DNA of 62,239 bases from Candidatus Limnocylindrales bacterium (GTDB taxonomy: Bacteria > Chloroflexota > Limnocylindria > Limnocylindrales > CSP1-4), in assembly GCA_046599085.1 (NCBI GenBank), contig JBKJHI010000003.1:1-62239 (forward strand). Reading direction: 5' to 3'. The stretch's first letter is position 1; each line of letters starts with the position of its first letter. Under the pieces are notes generated by a model. The model saw only the letters and a list, made by a program, of their open reading frames with translations. It had not been told where the DNA came from and made no database searches. This document shows positions 44,535 to 52,777 of the stretch, piece by piece. A program made the translations under genes and the position numbers.

Positions 44535-45755
44535 TCAGCTGACGGCGATCCCGGACGTCCACACGGCATCCGGGCGTCGCAGCACCTCGATGTCGTCGAG
44601 CGGGTCGCTTGGCAGGACCACGAAGTCCGCGTACCGGCCATCCGCCAGGACGCCGACGCGATCCGACCAGTCGAGCAGGGCCGCCGCCGAGGTCGTCGCG
44701 GAGCGGATGGCATCCAGCGTCGACTGCCCGTGGCGGACCTGGTAGCCGAACTGGACTGCATTGCGGCCGTGCGGGTAGACCCCGCTGTCCGTGCCGAACG
44801 CGATGCGCACACCGGCGGCCACGGCCTTCGCGAACCCGTCCCGCTGCGCCTGGGTCGTCGCTTCGTTCTTGGCCAGTGTCTCCGCCGGCCAGCCCGCTCG
44901 CTGACCCTCCTCCGCGATCCAGTCGCCGTCGTAGATGTCGGCGACCAACCACGTCCCGTGGCTGACGAGCAGCTCGATGCCTTCGTCGTCGATCAGCGAG
45001 CCATGCTCGATCGAGCGCGCGCCGCCGCGGATCGCAAGCTTGATGCCCTCGGTGCCGTGGGCGTGTGCCGCGACGTGGATGCCGAGGCGCGACGCCGTGT
45101 CCACGGCCGCCTCGATCATCGGCTGGTCAAGCTCCACGACCGATGGCTGCGTGCCGGGCGTCAGCACGGCACCGGTGACGATCAGCTTGATGACGGTCGC
45201 GCCGCCACCGACCAGGGTACGGACCGTCTCGCGCATGTCGTCGGGCGTGCGGACGACGCCAGCCCGGAGCGCGTCCGGGATGACGATATCGCGGGCGAGT
45301 CCGGTGACGTCGCCACCGCCGCCGGGACAGGTGATCATCGCGCCGGCGCACTGCATCCTTGGTCCCGGCGTCCAGCCAGCATCGATGGCCTCGCGCAGCG
45401 CGACATCCACGAAGGCCCGGAACGTGCCCAGATCGCGGACCGAGGTGAACCCGGCCTCCAGCGTGGCTCGCGCGTGACGCACGCCGATCAGCGCCTCCTG
45501 GGCCTCGGAGTTGGTCGTGCCCGGGGCGGCCGCGGACTGGATGTCACCCGCGAGATGCGTATGGCAATCGATGAGGCCGGGGATGACCCAGCCGGACACG
45601 TCCAGTGGCTGTGCGTCCGTCGGGGCCGCGTCATCCAGTGTCAGCACGGCCTCGATCCGACCGTCGGGCCCGATCAGCAGGCGACGATCGCGCAGCCATT
45701 CGCCGCGCTCGACATCGAGCAGACGCGAGATCCGGATCAGCCGACGTTCCGTCAT
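44535..45755 (-). CDS. amidohydrolase-family metallohydrolase
   Basis: PGLIDCHTHL metal-binding start motif, later HAHG and FGTDSG. Confidence 0.85.
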   Translation of the reverse strand: MTERRLIRISRLLDVERGEWLRDRRLLIGPDGRIEAVLTLDDAAPTDAQPLDVSGWVIPGLIDCHTHLAGDIQSAAAPGTTNSEAQEALIGVRHARATLEAGFTSVRDLGTFRAFVDVALREAIDAGWTPGPRMQCAGAMITCPGGGGDVTGLARDIVIPDALRAGVVRTPDDMRETVRTLVGGGATVIKLIVTGAVLTPGTQPSVVELDQPMIEAAVDTASRLGIHVAAHAHGTEGIKLAIRGGARSIEHGSLIDDEGIELLVSHGTWLVADIYDGDWIAEEGQRAGWPAETLAKNEATTQAQRDGFAKAVAAGVRIAFGTDSGVYPHGRNAVQFGYQVRHGQSTLDAIRSATTSAAALLDWSDRVGVLADGRYADFVVLPSDPLDDIEVLRRPDAVWTSGIAVS

Positions 45756-45820
45756 CGCCGGCCATGGTAGGGGAGCAGGCGCCCGTTCGGGAGCCCCGCG
45801 GGACCGTTACCATCGACGCC

Positions 45821-46402
45821 ATGACGACCATCGATCGACTTCCGTTCACCGGCGATGACGAGGCGGACCGCCTGCTGGCCACGGACCCGCTGGCCCTCCT
45901 GATCGGTTTCGCGCTGGACCAGCAGGTCACCGTCCAGAAGGCGTTCAGCGGTCCGCTCGAGCTGTCCCGACGGATCGGCCACCTGGATGCGGCCCGGATC
46001 GCGGCGATGGACGCCGATGCCCTCGACACGGTGTTCCGCGACCGGCCGGCGCTGCATCGCTTCCCGGGCTCCATGGCGGGCAAGGTCCAGGCCCTGTGCG
46101 CGACGATCGCCACCGACTACAGCAACGAGGCCGCCCGCGTCTGGACGGAGGCATCGAACGGCAAGGACCTGCAGTCGCGGCTGTTGGGCCTGCCGGGCAT
46201 CGGCGAGATGAAGGCCCGCTCGATCATCGCGATCCTGGGCAAGCGGCTCGGATACACCGTGCCGGGTCTGGATGCCGTCATGCCGACGCATCCGACGCTA
46301 GGCGACGTGGACTCGGCAGAGGCGCTCGCCGACTACCAGGCGGGCAAGCGCGCGAAGAAGGCCGAGATGAAGGCCGCCGCGGGGTCCAGGACGGCCGACT
46401 GA
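45821..46402 (+). CDS. HhH-GPD-type base-excision DNA repair protein
   Basis: 193 aa from ATG 45821. Has LLGLPGIGEMKARSIIAILG (helix-hairpin-helix) and a basic tail. Confidence 0.75.
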   Translation: MTTIDRLPFTGDDEADRLLATDPLALLIGFALDQQVTVQKAFSGPLELSRRIGHLDAARIAAMDADALDTVFRDRPALHRFPGSMAGKVQALCATIATDYSNEAARVWTEASNGKDLQSRLLGLPGIGEMKARSIIAILGKRLGYTVPGLDAVMPTHPTLGDVDSAEALADYQAGKRAKKAEMKAAAGSRTAD

Positions 46403-46474
46403 GGCTCGACACGCAACCACCCCGGCCGGTGGGGCCGAGGTCGTCGGTGGAGGGCGTGCAGCGCTGCGGTCAGG

Positions 46475-46630
46475 TCAGCCGCGGGTCGCGGCTACAAGCC
46501 AGGGTCGCTGGTCGCGATCGTCGATCGAGGGGCGCGAGTCCGTGCCGTATCGACCGGCGGCGAACGCCAGGGCGACGAACGGGCCGACGATCAGGATGAT
46601 CGCGCTGACCACCGTGATGAGCGATTCCAT
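46475..46630 (-). CDS. possible 51-aa single-TM protein
   Basis: MESLITVVSAIILIVGPFVALAFAA from ATG 46630, with AAAGGACAGG upstream. No other support. Confidence 0.35.
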   Translation of the reverse strand: MESLITVVSAIILIVGPFVALAFAAGRYGTDSRPSIDDRDQRPWLVAATRG

Positions 46631-46683
46631 GGCGTGTGCCTGTCCTTTCCAGACCAGTCTCACCGGTCCACCTGCATCGAGCC

Positions 46684-46712
46684 TTGACATTGGCCTGATA
46701 TGGACGCATGAT
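46684..46712 (+). promoter_or_regulatory. sigma70-like promoter candidate for the MocR gene (TTGACA - 17 nt - CATGAT)
   Basis: Perfect -35 hexamer. The -10 candidate overlaps ATG 46708/46711, which would imply a leaderless mRNA starting near ATG 46720. Confidence 0.3.
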
Positions 46713-48354
46713 GCCGCGCATGACCACCGAATCCAATAGCCAATCGGCTACAAGTGGACTGAAACGGCCCTCAGCGGTATCAGCCGGCACCTTGGCCGAC
46801 GTGCTCGGCGATTGGTCCACCGGCGCGGACCCCCTCAATGAGCAGCTCGCAGCTGCGGTCGCGCGCGCGATCGAACTCGGCGACCTGCCGGCCGGGACGC
46901 GATTGCCGGCCGAACGGGAACTGGCGTCCGTCCTCGGCCTGTCGCGCACGACCATCGTGGCCGCCTACGACCGCCTCCGGACGGCCGGCCTGGTCCGCAG
47001 CCGGCAGGGGAGTGGCACACGGGTGATGACCCGCCGGCCGGGCCTGTCGGTGACGTACCTGGACGACGACGCGATCGATGCCGGGATGGGTGCCGCGTTC
47101 ACGGCCGCATTCGGTCCGGGCGGGCCAAGCGGGCCGGGTGGTTCGGGAGGGTCCGCGACCTCGGGGCGCGTGCGAGCGGCGGACCGCGCGTCCACGGCGG
47201 CGCTCGATGCCGTCGGCCTGCTCGTTCCGGAGATCGAGGATGCGGTCAGGCTCACGATCGGGGCGCTGCCTGCGGCGCCGGCCGTGGCCAGTGCCGTCGC
47301 GGCGGCCGTCCGCGACGATCTCCCGACACTGCTCGCGACGGACGGCTACGACCCGTTCGGTCTGCCGATGCTTCGCGAACGGATCGCCGCACACCTCGGC
47401 AACCTGGGCATCCCCACCGACATGGACCAGATCCTCGTCACCAACGGCGCCCAACAGGCGCTCGACCTGATCGCGACCCGGCTGGCTGGCCCCGACGTCA
47501 CGGTCGCGGTCGAGAACCCGACCTACATCGGCGCGATCGATGCATTCCGGGCCGCCGGAAGCCGCCTGTTGTCGCTGCCGACGGACGAAGACGGCGGGCG
47601 GCCGGAGGTGCTCAGCCTGCTCGCGGCCGGTGGTTCGATCCGGATGGCCTACGTCATCCCGACATTCCACAACCCCACCGGTGCCGTGATGCCCGAGTCC
47701 CGCCGCCGAGACCTCGTGCAGCGAGCCCGGCAGGATGGCTTCCAGGTCGTCGAGGACCTGACGCCGGATGCGACCCTGGGCCGCGACATGCCCCCGCCGC
47801 TCGCCGCACTGGATCCGTCGGGGACGGTCCTGACGGTGGGCTCGCTCAGCAAGATCGCATGGGGCGGACTCCGCGTTGGTTGGGTGCGCGGGTCGCGCAG
47901 CGACATCGAGCGGCTCATCGCGGGCAAGATCGTCGCGGACCACGGGACCAGCGTCATCACCCAGGCTGTCGCGGCCCACGTCTTCGACCGCCTGACCGAG
48001 GCCGCCGACGACTCGCTGCGTCGGGCGGGCGAGCAGCGCGAACTGCTGCTGCAGTTGTTGCGAGATCACATCCCGGACTGGGAATGGACGGCGCCCAGGG
48101 GCGGCCTGTCGTTGTGGGTCCGCCTTCCTGGAGCGGACGCTGTCGTCTTCAGCCGTCTCGCCGGTCAGTACGGCGTTGTGGTCCGGCCGGGCCATCTTGC
48201 GTCCCCTGACGGCGGCTTCCGTGACCACATCCGGATCGCCTACGGCGCGACGCCGGACCGGATCATCGAGGGCGTGCTCCGGCTCGCCCAGGCCTGGGCC
48301 GCCTACAGCCCGACCGGTCAGCGCGGCCGCCCCAGCCTGACCTTCAGCGTCTGA
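46708..48354 (+). CDS. MocR/PdxR-type regulator (GntR wHTH fused to aminotransferase-like domain)
   Basis: wHTH PAERELASVLGLSRTTIVAAYDRLRTAGLV, a long linker, then a fold-type I domain (VENPTYIGA, SLSKIAWGGLRVGW). True start may be ATG 46720. Confidence 0.85.
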   Translation: MMPRMTTESNSQSATSGLKRPSAVSAGTLADVLGDWSTGADPLNEQLAAAVARAIELGDLPAGTRLPAERELASVLGLSRTTIVAAYDRLRTAGLVRSRQGSGTRVMTRRPGLSVTYLDDDAIDAGMGAAFTAAFGPGGPSGPGGSGGSATSGRVRAADRASTAALDAVGLLVPEIEDAVRLTIGALPAAPAVASAVAAAVRDDLPTLLATDGYDPFGLPMLRERIAAHLGNLGIPTDMDQILVTNGAQQALDLIATRLAGPDVTVAVENPTYIGAIDAFRAAGSRLLSLPTDEDGGRPEVLSLLAAGGSIRMAYVIPTFHNPTGAVMPESRRRDLVQRARQDGFQVVEDLTPDATLGRDMPPPLAALDPSGTVLTVGSLSKIAWGGLRVGWVRGSRSDIERLIAGKIVADHGTSVITQAVAAHVFDRLTEAADDSLRRAGEQRELLLQLLRDHIPDWEWTAPRGGLSLWVRLPGADAVVFSRLAGQYGVVVRPGHLASPDGGFRDHIRIAYGATPDRIIEGVLRLAQAWAAYSPTGQRGRPSLTFSV

Positions 48355-48409
48355 CCGGCTTCCCGCGGTCGACGGCCTCATCCGGCGGGTCGGGCTAGAC
48401 TGACGGCTC

Positions 48410-49015
48410 GTGCCCGACCCGAAAGAATCCAAGCCGCCCACGCGCCGAGCAACGGCCCGAGCCCGCCAGCGACCTCGGTTCGCCCTGCCTGTCGACCATG
48501 AGCAGGATGCCGGTGTCAGTGAGCGGATCGAGGCGTTCCTCGACGGTCGGCCGCCGGTCCGACGGAATCGACGGCGCCAGCCCCGCCCAGAGGCGGCGCG
48601 CCGTCCGACGCGACCCAAGAAGCTCGATACGCGGACCGACTGGGACGACGCCCTGCACCACGAGGATGCGCGCGTCGCTCGCTATGGCCGCCCGGCCAGT
48701 GTGCTGGTCGTCGCCCTCGGGCTGGGCATCGGTCCTCTGGCGGAGCGGGCTGCGCCAGGCATCGGGGCCGCCATCCGGGCCGCTGCCCGCGAGACCGACC
48801 GGGTTGCCCGCGTCGGCCCAGGTCGGTTTCACGTGCTTCTGCCCGAGACCGAGGATGCGGAGGCGAGCGCCGTCGCGGACCGCATCCGCACGGCCTGTGG
48901 CGACACGCCGGTCACCATCGCGTGCGCCAGCCCCGCGCGAGGGCAGAGCCTCATCGATGCGCTGGCGCTTGCCGTCGCGCGGGTGGAGCGCGGCCAGGGC
49001 GGCCCCCGAACCTAG
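48410..49015 (+). CDS. basic N-terminal region plus degenerate GGDEF-like domain protein
   Basis: RYGRPASVLVVAL...RETDRVARVGPGRFHVLLPETEDAEASAVADRIR follows the GGDEF-domain layout, but GGDEF is replaced by GPGRF. GTG start. Confidence 0.55.
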   Translation: MPDPKESKPPTRRATARARQRPRFALPVDHEQDAGVSERIEAFLDGRPPVRRNRRRQPRPEAARRPTRPKKLDTRTDWDDALHHEDARVARYGRPASVLVVALGLGIGPLAERAAPGIGAAIRAAARETDRVARVGPGRFHVLLPETEDAEASAVADRIRTACGDTPVTIACASPARGQSLIDALALAVARVERGQGGPRT

Positions 49016-49401
49016 CGGACGAAGGCGTCCATCAGACGTTCGAGCTCCGCGGCGGGATCGTCCGTCAATCCGGCGTGGACGGGCGACGCCTGGATCATCG
49101 TGCTGGCCGGCGCCACCAGCCAGTGGAATCGCTCAGCCAGCGACATCGCCGCGATCGGTCCACCGTCGCTGTCCCCGCGGGCGACGCGTTCGATGGCGCC
49201 AAGGTGGGCGCGGATGGCGCCGACCTCTGCATCCGGTGCAAGGGCTCGGAACCGGTCCGCATCGAGCATCGTGGCCGCCCCGATATAGGCCCGCGACCGG
49301 CACATCAGCACGACCCCGGCGTTGAGGAACTCGCCGCGCTCGACCCGCGGGACCACGCGCACGATGGCGTACTGGTATGGGCTACGCGGGTCGTCGGGCA
49401 C
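49012..49401 (-). CDS. DUF3037-domain protein
   Basis: YQYAIVRVVPRVERGEFLNAGVVL matches my memory of the DUF3037 N-terminal signature. GTG 49401 gives 129 aa and a 20-nt overlap with the upstream kinase gene. Confidence 0.7.
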   Translation of the reverse strand: MPDDPRSPYQYAIVRVVPRVERGEFLNAGVVLMCRSRAYIGAATMLDADRFRALAPDAEVGAIRAHLGAIERVARGDSDGGPIAAMSLAERFHWLVAPASTMIQASPVHAGLTDDPAAELERLMDAFVR

Positions 49402-50161
49402 GTTCAGCCTCCTCGGTGAACCCGTCGCTGCCGTCCAGGCGTGTGAGCAGATAGCGCACGTACGCATCGCGCTGGCCCGCGGCGTCGCCCACGGCGCGAT
49501 CCGGCGGCAGCCAGACGTCCGGCAGGGCATCGACGAAGTCGCGCAGCAATGCTTCCGTCACCCGCGGTGCGAGTCGCGCTTCGGCATCGACGATCGAGCT
49601 CGCATACGGCAGCAGCACGTGGTCGCGGATGCGCTCGAACGGCCGTCGCGCGTGCTCGTCCGGGTCGCGCCAGGTGTGGTGGACGTACAGCGCCGCGCCG
49701 TGGTCGATGCACCAGGTCCGGCCGTGCCACACCAGCAGGTTGGGATTGGCCACGCTGCGGTCGGGATTGGTCACGAAGGCATCGAACCAGACGATGTCAG
49801 CGGCGACGTCCGGATCGACCAGGTCCGAGGCGGCCGGATTGAACGTCAGCGCCCCGGGCAGGAAGTCCAGACCCAGGTTCAGGCCGGCACTGGCATGGAC
49901 GAGGTCCTGGATCTCGCCATCGGGCTCCGCGTCGCCGAGGCCACCGTCGACGTCGATGGTGACGAGCTCCGGCACCGGCAGGCCGATCGCCCGCCCGATC
50001 TCGCCGGCCAACCACTCGGCGACGAGCGCCCGAGGCCCCTGGCCAGCACCGCGGAACTTGACCACGTACAGCCCGTCGTCGTCGGCTTCCACGAGACCGG
50101 GCAGCGAGCCACCTTCCCGGAACGGGGTGACGTAGCGCGTGGCGCGAACCATCCGGATCAT
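49382..50161 (-). CDS. minimal HipA-like serine/threonine kinase (kinase core only)
   Basis: FVTNPDRSVANPNLLV (catalytic-loop-like) and CIDHGAAL (metal-binding-like). 259 aa, lacking HipA N-terminal domains. Confidence 0.75.
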   Translation of the reverse strand: MIRMVRATRYVTPFREGGSLPGLVEADDDGLYVVKFRGAGQGPRALVAEWLAGEIGRAIGLPVPELVTIDVDGGLGDAEPDGEIQDLVHASAGLNLGLDFLPGALTFNPAASDLVDPDVAADIVWFDAFVTNPDRSVANPNLLVWHGRTWCIDHGAALYVHHTWRDPDEHARRPFERIRDHVLLPYASSIVDAEARLAPRVTEALLRDFVDALPDVWLPPDRAVGDAAGQRDAYVRYLLTRLDGSDGFTEEAERARRPA

Positions 50162-50298
50162 GCGCCAGAGCGTATCCGAGTCGATGGTCGGCGACGCGTC
50201 GATGGGCCTCGACGCGTGCAGGTCCGCACCGGCGCCACGGGTGGATATCGTCCGACCCGTATAGGCTGCGCGTACGTCCGACCGTCCGAAGGAGTCCC

Positions 50299-51273
50299 AT
50301 GAGCGTCAGCGAATACCGCCTCGAGCCCGGCACCGAGCTGTCGCCTGAGGAATCCCTCGATCTCGACCGAATGCTGCTGCACGAGCTGGAGGACGAGGCC
50401 GGGCGCCTGTACGACCGTCACGCGTCCGTTGCGGTGGAGTGGTTCCCGCACGACTACATCCCGTACCGGCTGGGGCGCGACTTCGACAAGGAGCCGTGGA
50501 CGCCCGATCAGCCGCGACTGACCGGTGTGGCCCAGACCGCGTTCGAGATCAACCTCCTGACCGAGGACAACCTGCCCTCGTATCACCGGCTCATCTACGG
50601 GATGTTCGGCCGCGGCGACGGGGCATGGCTCAACTGGGTCGGCCGCTGGACCGCGGAGGAGGGGCGCCACGCCATCGTCCTGCGCGACTACCTGACGGTC
50701 ACCCGCAACATCGACCCGATCATGCTCGAGCGCGGCCGGATGAACCAGCTCCAGAACGGCTACGAGCGTCCGTCGTCCTCGACGCTGCGCGGTCTCGCCT
50801 ACGTCACGTTCCAGGAGCTGGCGACCCGGATCTCGCACCGGAACACGGGCCGCTACTCGAACGACCCGGTCGCGGACAAGATCATGATCCGCATCGCCGC
50901 CGACGAGAACCTGCACATGGTCTTCTACCGCGACATCCTGGCGGCCGCGATCAAGGTCCAGCCGTCTGCGTCGGTCCGCGCCATCGTCGATGAGGTCCTC
51001 GCCTTCGAGATGCCGGGCGCCGGGATCCCCAACTTCCTGCGCAAGGCCGCGCTCATCGCCAAGGCTCGCATCTACGACCTGCGCAGCCACCGCGACGAGG
51101 TGCTCCTGCCGGTCATCAAGCACTGGGGCATCTTCGAGCTGGAGGGCCTTGATGCGGCAGCCGAGGACGCACGTCGGCGCCTTGCCGAGCACCTCGAGAA
51201 GCTCGACGTCGCAGCGAACAAGTTCGAGGCGAAGCTCCAGGCGCAGGAGGCCCGGGCACTCGCCACCGGATAG
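50299..51273 (+). CDS. acyl-ACP desaturase (DesA-like di-iron enzyme)
   Basis: Di-iron ligand contexts TEDNLPSYH, WTAEEGRH, FQELATRISH and ADENLHMVFY. Confidence 0.9.
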   Translation: MSVSEYRLEPGTELSPEESLDLDRMLLHELEDEAGRLYDRHASVAVEWFPHDYIPYRLGRDFDKEPWTPDQPRLTGVAQTAFEINLLTEDNLPSYHRLIYGMFGRGDGAWLNWVGRWTAEEGRHAIVLRDYLTVTRNIDPIMLERGRMNQLQNGYERPSSSTLRGLAYVTFQELATRISHRNTGRYSNDPVADKIMIRIAADENLHMVFYRDILAAAIKVQPSASVRAIVDEVLAFEMPGAGIPNFLRKAALIAKARIYDLRSHRDEVLLPVIKHWGIFELEGLDAAAEDARRRLAEHLEKLDVAANKFEAKLQAQEARALATG

Positions 51274-51283
51274 CACAGCGCCC

Positions 51284-51310
51284 GGTCGCGCTCGGTCGCG
51301 CTCGGTCGCG
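51284..51310. repeat. about 3 x 10-bp tandem repeat GGTCGCGCTC
   Basis: Read directly, immediately after the desaturase stop. Confidence 0.8.
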
Positions 51311-51322
51311 CCGTCGCTCACA

Positions 51323-51630
51323 CTGATGCACCTTTTCCGCGCGCGGACCCCATCGAGTCGCGTGATGCACCTCCGCTGCATCACCATGGGCTGGCAGCAA
51401 GGGCACAGGTCCATCTCCAGCCGGAATCATTCCGTTCGAATAGCCACCATGGCCGGTGCCTGGCCGTGAGACTGGCGCGTCGACGAGCGTCCGTCAGGAT
51501 GCAACGGAGATGACCGCTGACAGCGCGGGATTGGGCGCTGGCCGTTCCGCGGGCCGTTGCGTCTTGCCGTGATGCCGCGGATGTGCGTCACGCGGGTAGG
51601 CGCGCCGCGACCGCGGAAAAGGTGCATCAA
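51323..51630. repeat. nested inverted-repeat element, copy 2
   Basis: CTGATGCACCTTTTCCGCG (51323), GTGATGCACCTCCGCTGCATCAC (51362-51384), inverted GTGATGCCGCGGATGTGCGTCAC (51569-51591), inverted CGCGGAAAAGGTGCATCAA (51612-51630). Confidence 0.8.
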
Positions 51631-51678
51631 TACCGAGATGGCCGGCGGCCGCCGCCGCGCCCCCGCGGCGCTGGGCCG

Positions 51679-52566
51679 TTAGTTCTGGCGCTGCCCCTGG
51701 CCCTCGGTGCCGCCCTCGCGCAGGAAGCGCTCGATCTCGCCGATGAGCTCGTCGCCGGAGGGCAGGCGCTGCTCGTCGACCATCGCCTCCAGGCGCTCCA
51801 CGTACGCCCGCGTCGATTCATCGAGCGCCGCCGCGCCATCGAGTCGCTTGCGGAGCTGCTGCGACTCATCGACGAGCTCGCCGGACGGCAGGATCATCCC
51901 AAGATGCCGACCCAGCGCGCTGAGGAGCTCGACAGCGGCGCTGGCGTATGGCCCCGAGACGTAGTGGGGGACCTGGGCGAAATACCCGACGGCCGGGAAG
52001 CCGGCTTCGATCATCGCGTGCTCCAGCACCGACAACGCGGCCGCGGGGACGCGCAGCCGGCCGGCCGGTCCGGGCAGCACGTCGCCGCGCAGGAGTGCCG
52101 GATCGGACGCGGTGCCCATGATCGGCACGGCGCGCGTGTGCGGCACGGCAGCCGGGATCGCGCCGAGGCTGATCCACTCACCGATCCCGAAGTGGCGTGC
52201 CAGCTCGACCACAGCGACGCTGAATGCTCGCCATCGGTCGTCGGGCTCAGGCCCGGTCAGGATGAACAGGTCCCGTCCATCGATCCGCGTCCGTCGCAGA
52301 TGCAGTTCCGGCCAACTCAGGGAGCTGATCCGACCATCGACGATCTCAAGCGTGGGCCGACGGGCTCGATAGTCGTACAGCGCGTCGGGGTCGAACGTCG
52401 CGACGACGGTGGCGTCGCGCAGGAGTTGCTGGGCCGCAGTCGTCGCCGCGGTCCCGGAGTCGACCCACCCGTCGAAGGCGGCGATGAGCGACGGGGCGAC
52501 GTCCGACGACGACGACTCGTCGGCGGGGTCAACCGGGTCGACCGGGGTCAACGTGTACAGGCTCAC
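51679..52566 (-). CDS. PAC2-family protein
   Basis: 295 aa. LIAAFDGWVDSG, LFILTGPEPD and the overall layout match my memory of actinobacterial PAC2 proteins. Confidence 0.75.
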   Translation of the reverse strand: MSLYTLTPVDPVDPADESSSSDVAPSLIAAFDGWVDSGTAATTAAQQLLRDATVVATFDPDALYDYRARRPTLEIVDGRISSLSWPELHLRRTRIDGRDLFILTGPEPDDRWRAFSVAVVELARHFGIGEWISLGAIPAAVPHTRAVPIMGTASDPALLRGDVLPGPAGRLRVPAAALSVLEHAMIEAGFPAVGYFAQVPHYVSGPYASAAVELLSALGRHLGMILPSGELVDESQQLRKRLDGAAALDESTRAYVERLEAMVDEQRLPSGDELIGEIERFLREGGTEGQGQRQN

Positions 52567-52639
52567 TGACCAAGGATACGGCCTGACCGCGCGCTATCCC
52601 TACGGATGTGCCACGCTCCGCCGGCAACGGATCGCCCGT

Positions 52640-52655
52640 ATTCAGATATCTGAAT
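52640..52655. promoter_or_regulatory. perfect 16-bp palindrome ATTCAGATATCTGAAT (operator candidate)
   Basis: Read directly in the AT-richest stretch of the window, within the 211-bp divergent spacer between the PAC2 gene and the NEW3/ABC-2 operon. Confidence 0.45.
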
Positions 52656-52777
52656 CACATGGCAACCGAAGCAAGGTTGAAGACAAGCGCAGGATTTGTC
52701 AGATTCCGCGCGGTCCCGTTTTTCCGGAGCGCCCCGCAGGGGCGCCGACCACATTCGAACTACAGGAGGGTGCCCCC

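Noticed and set aside
51430-51450. tRNA-like T-loop (GTTCGAATAG) inside repeat element copy 2
   Set aside because: Flanks do not form acceptor, D or anticodon arms and the T-arm consensus GGTTCGAATCC is not met. No tRNA could be built anywhere in the window by eye.
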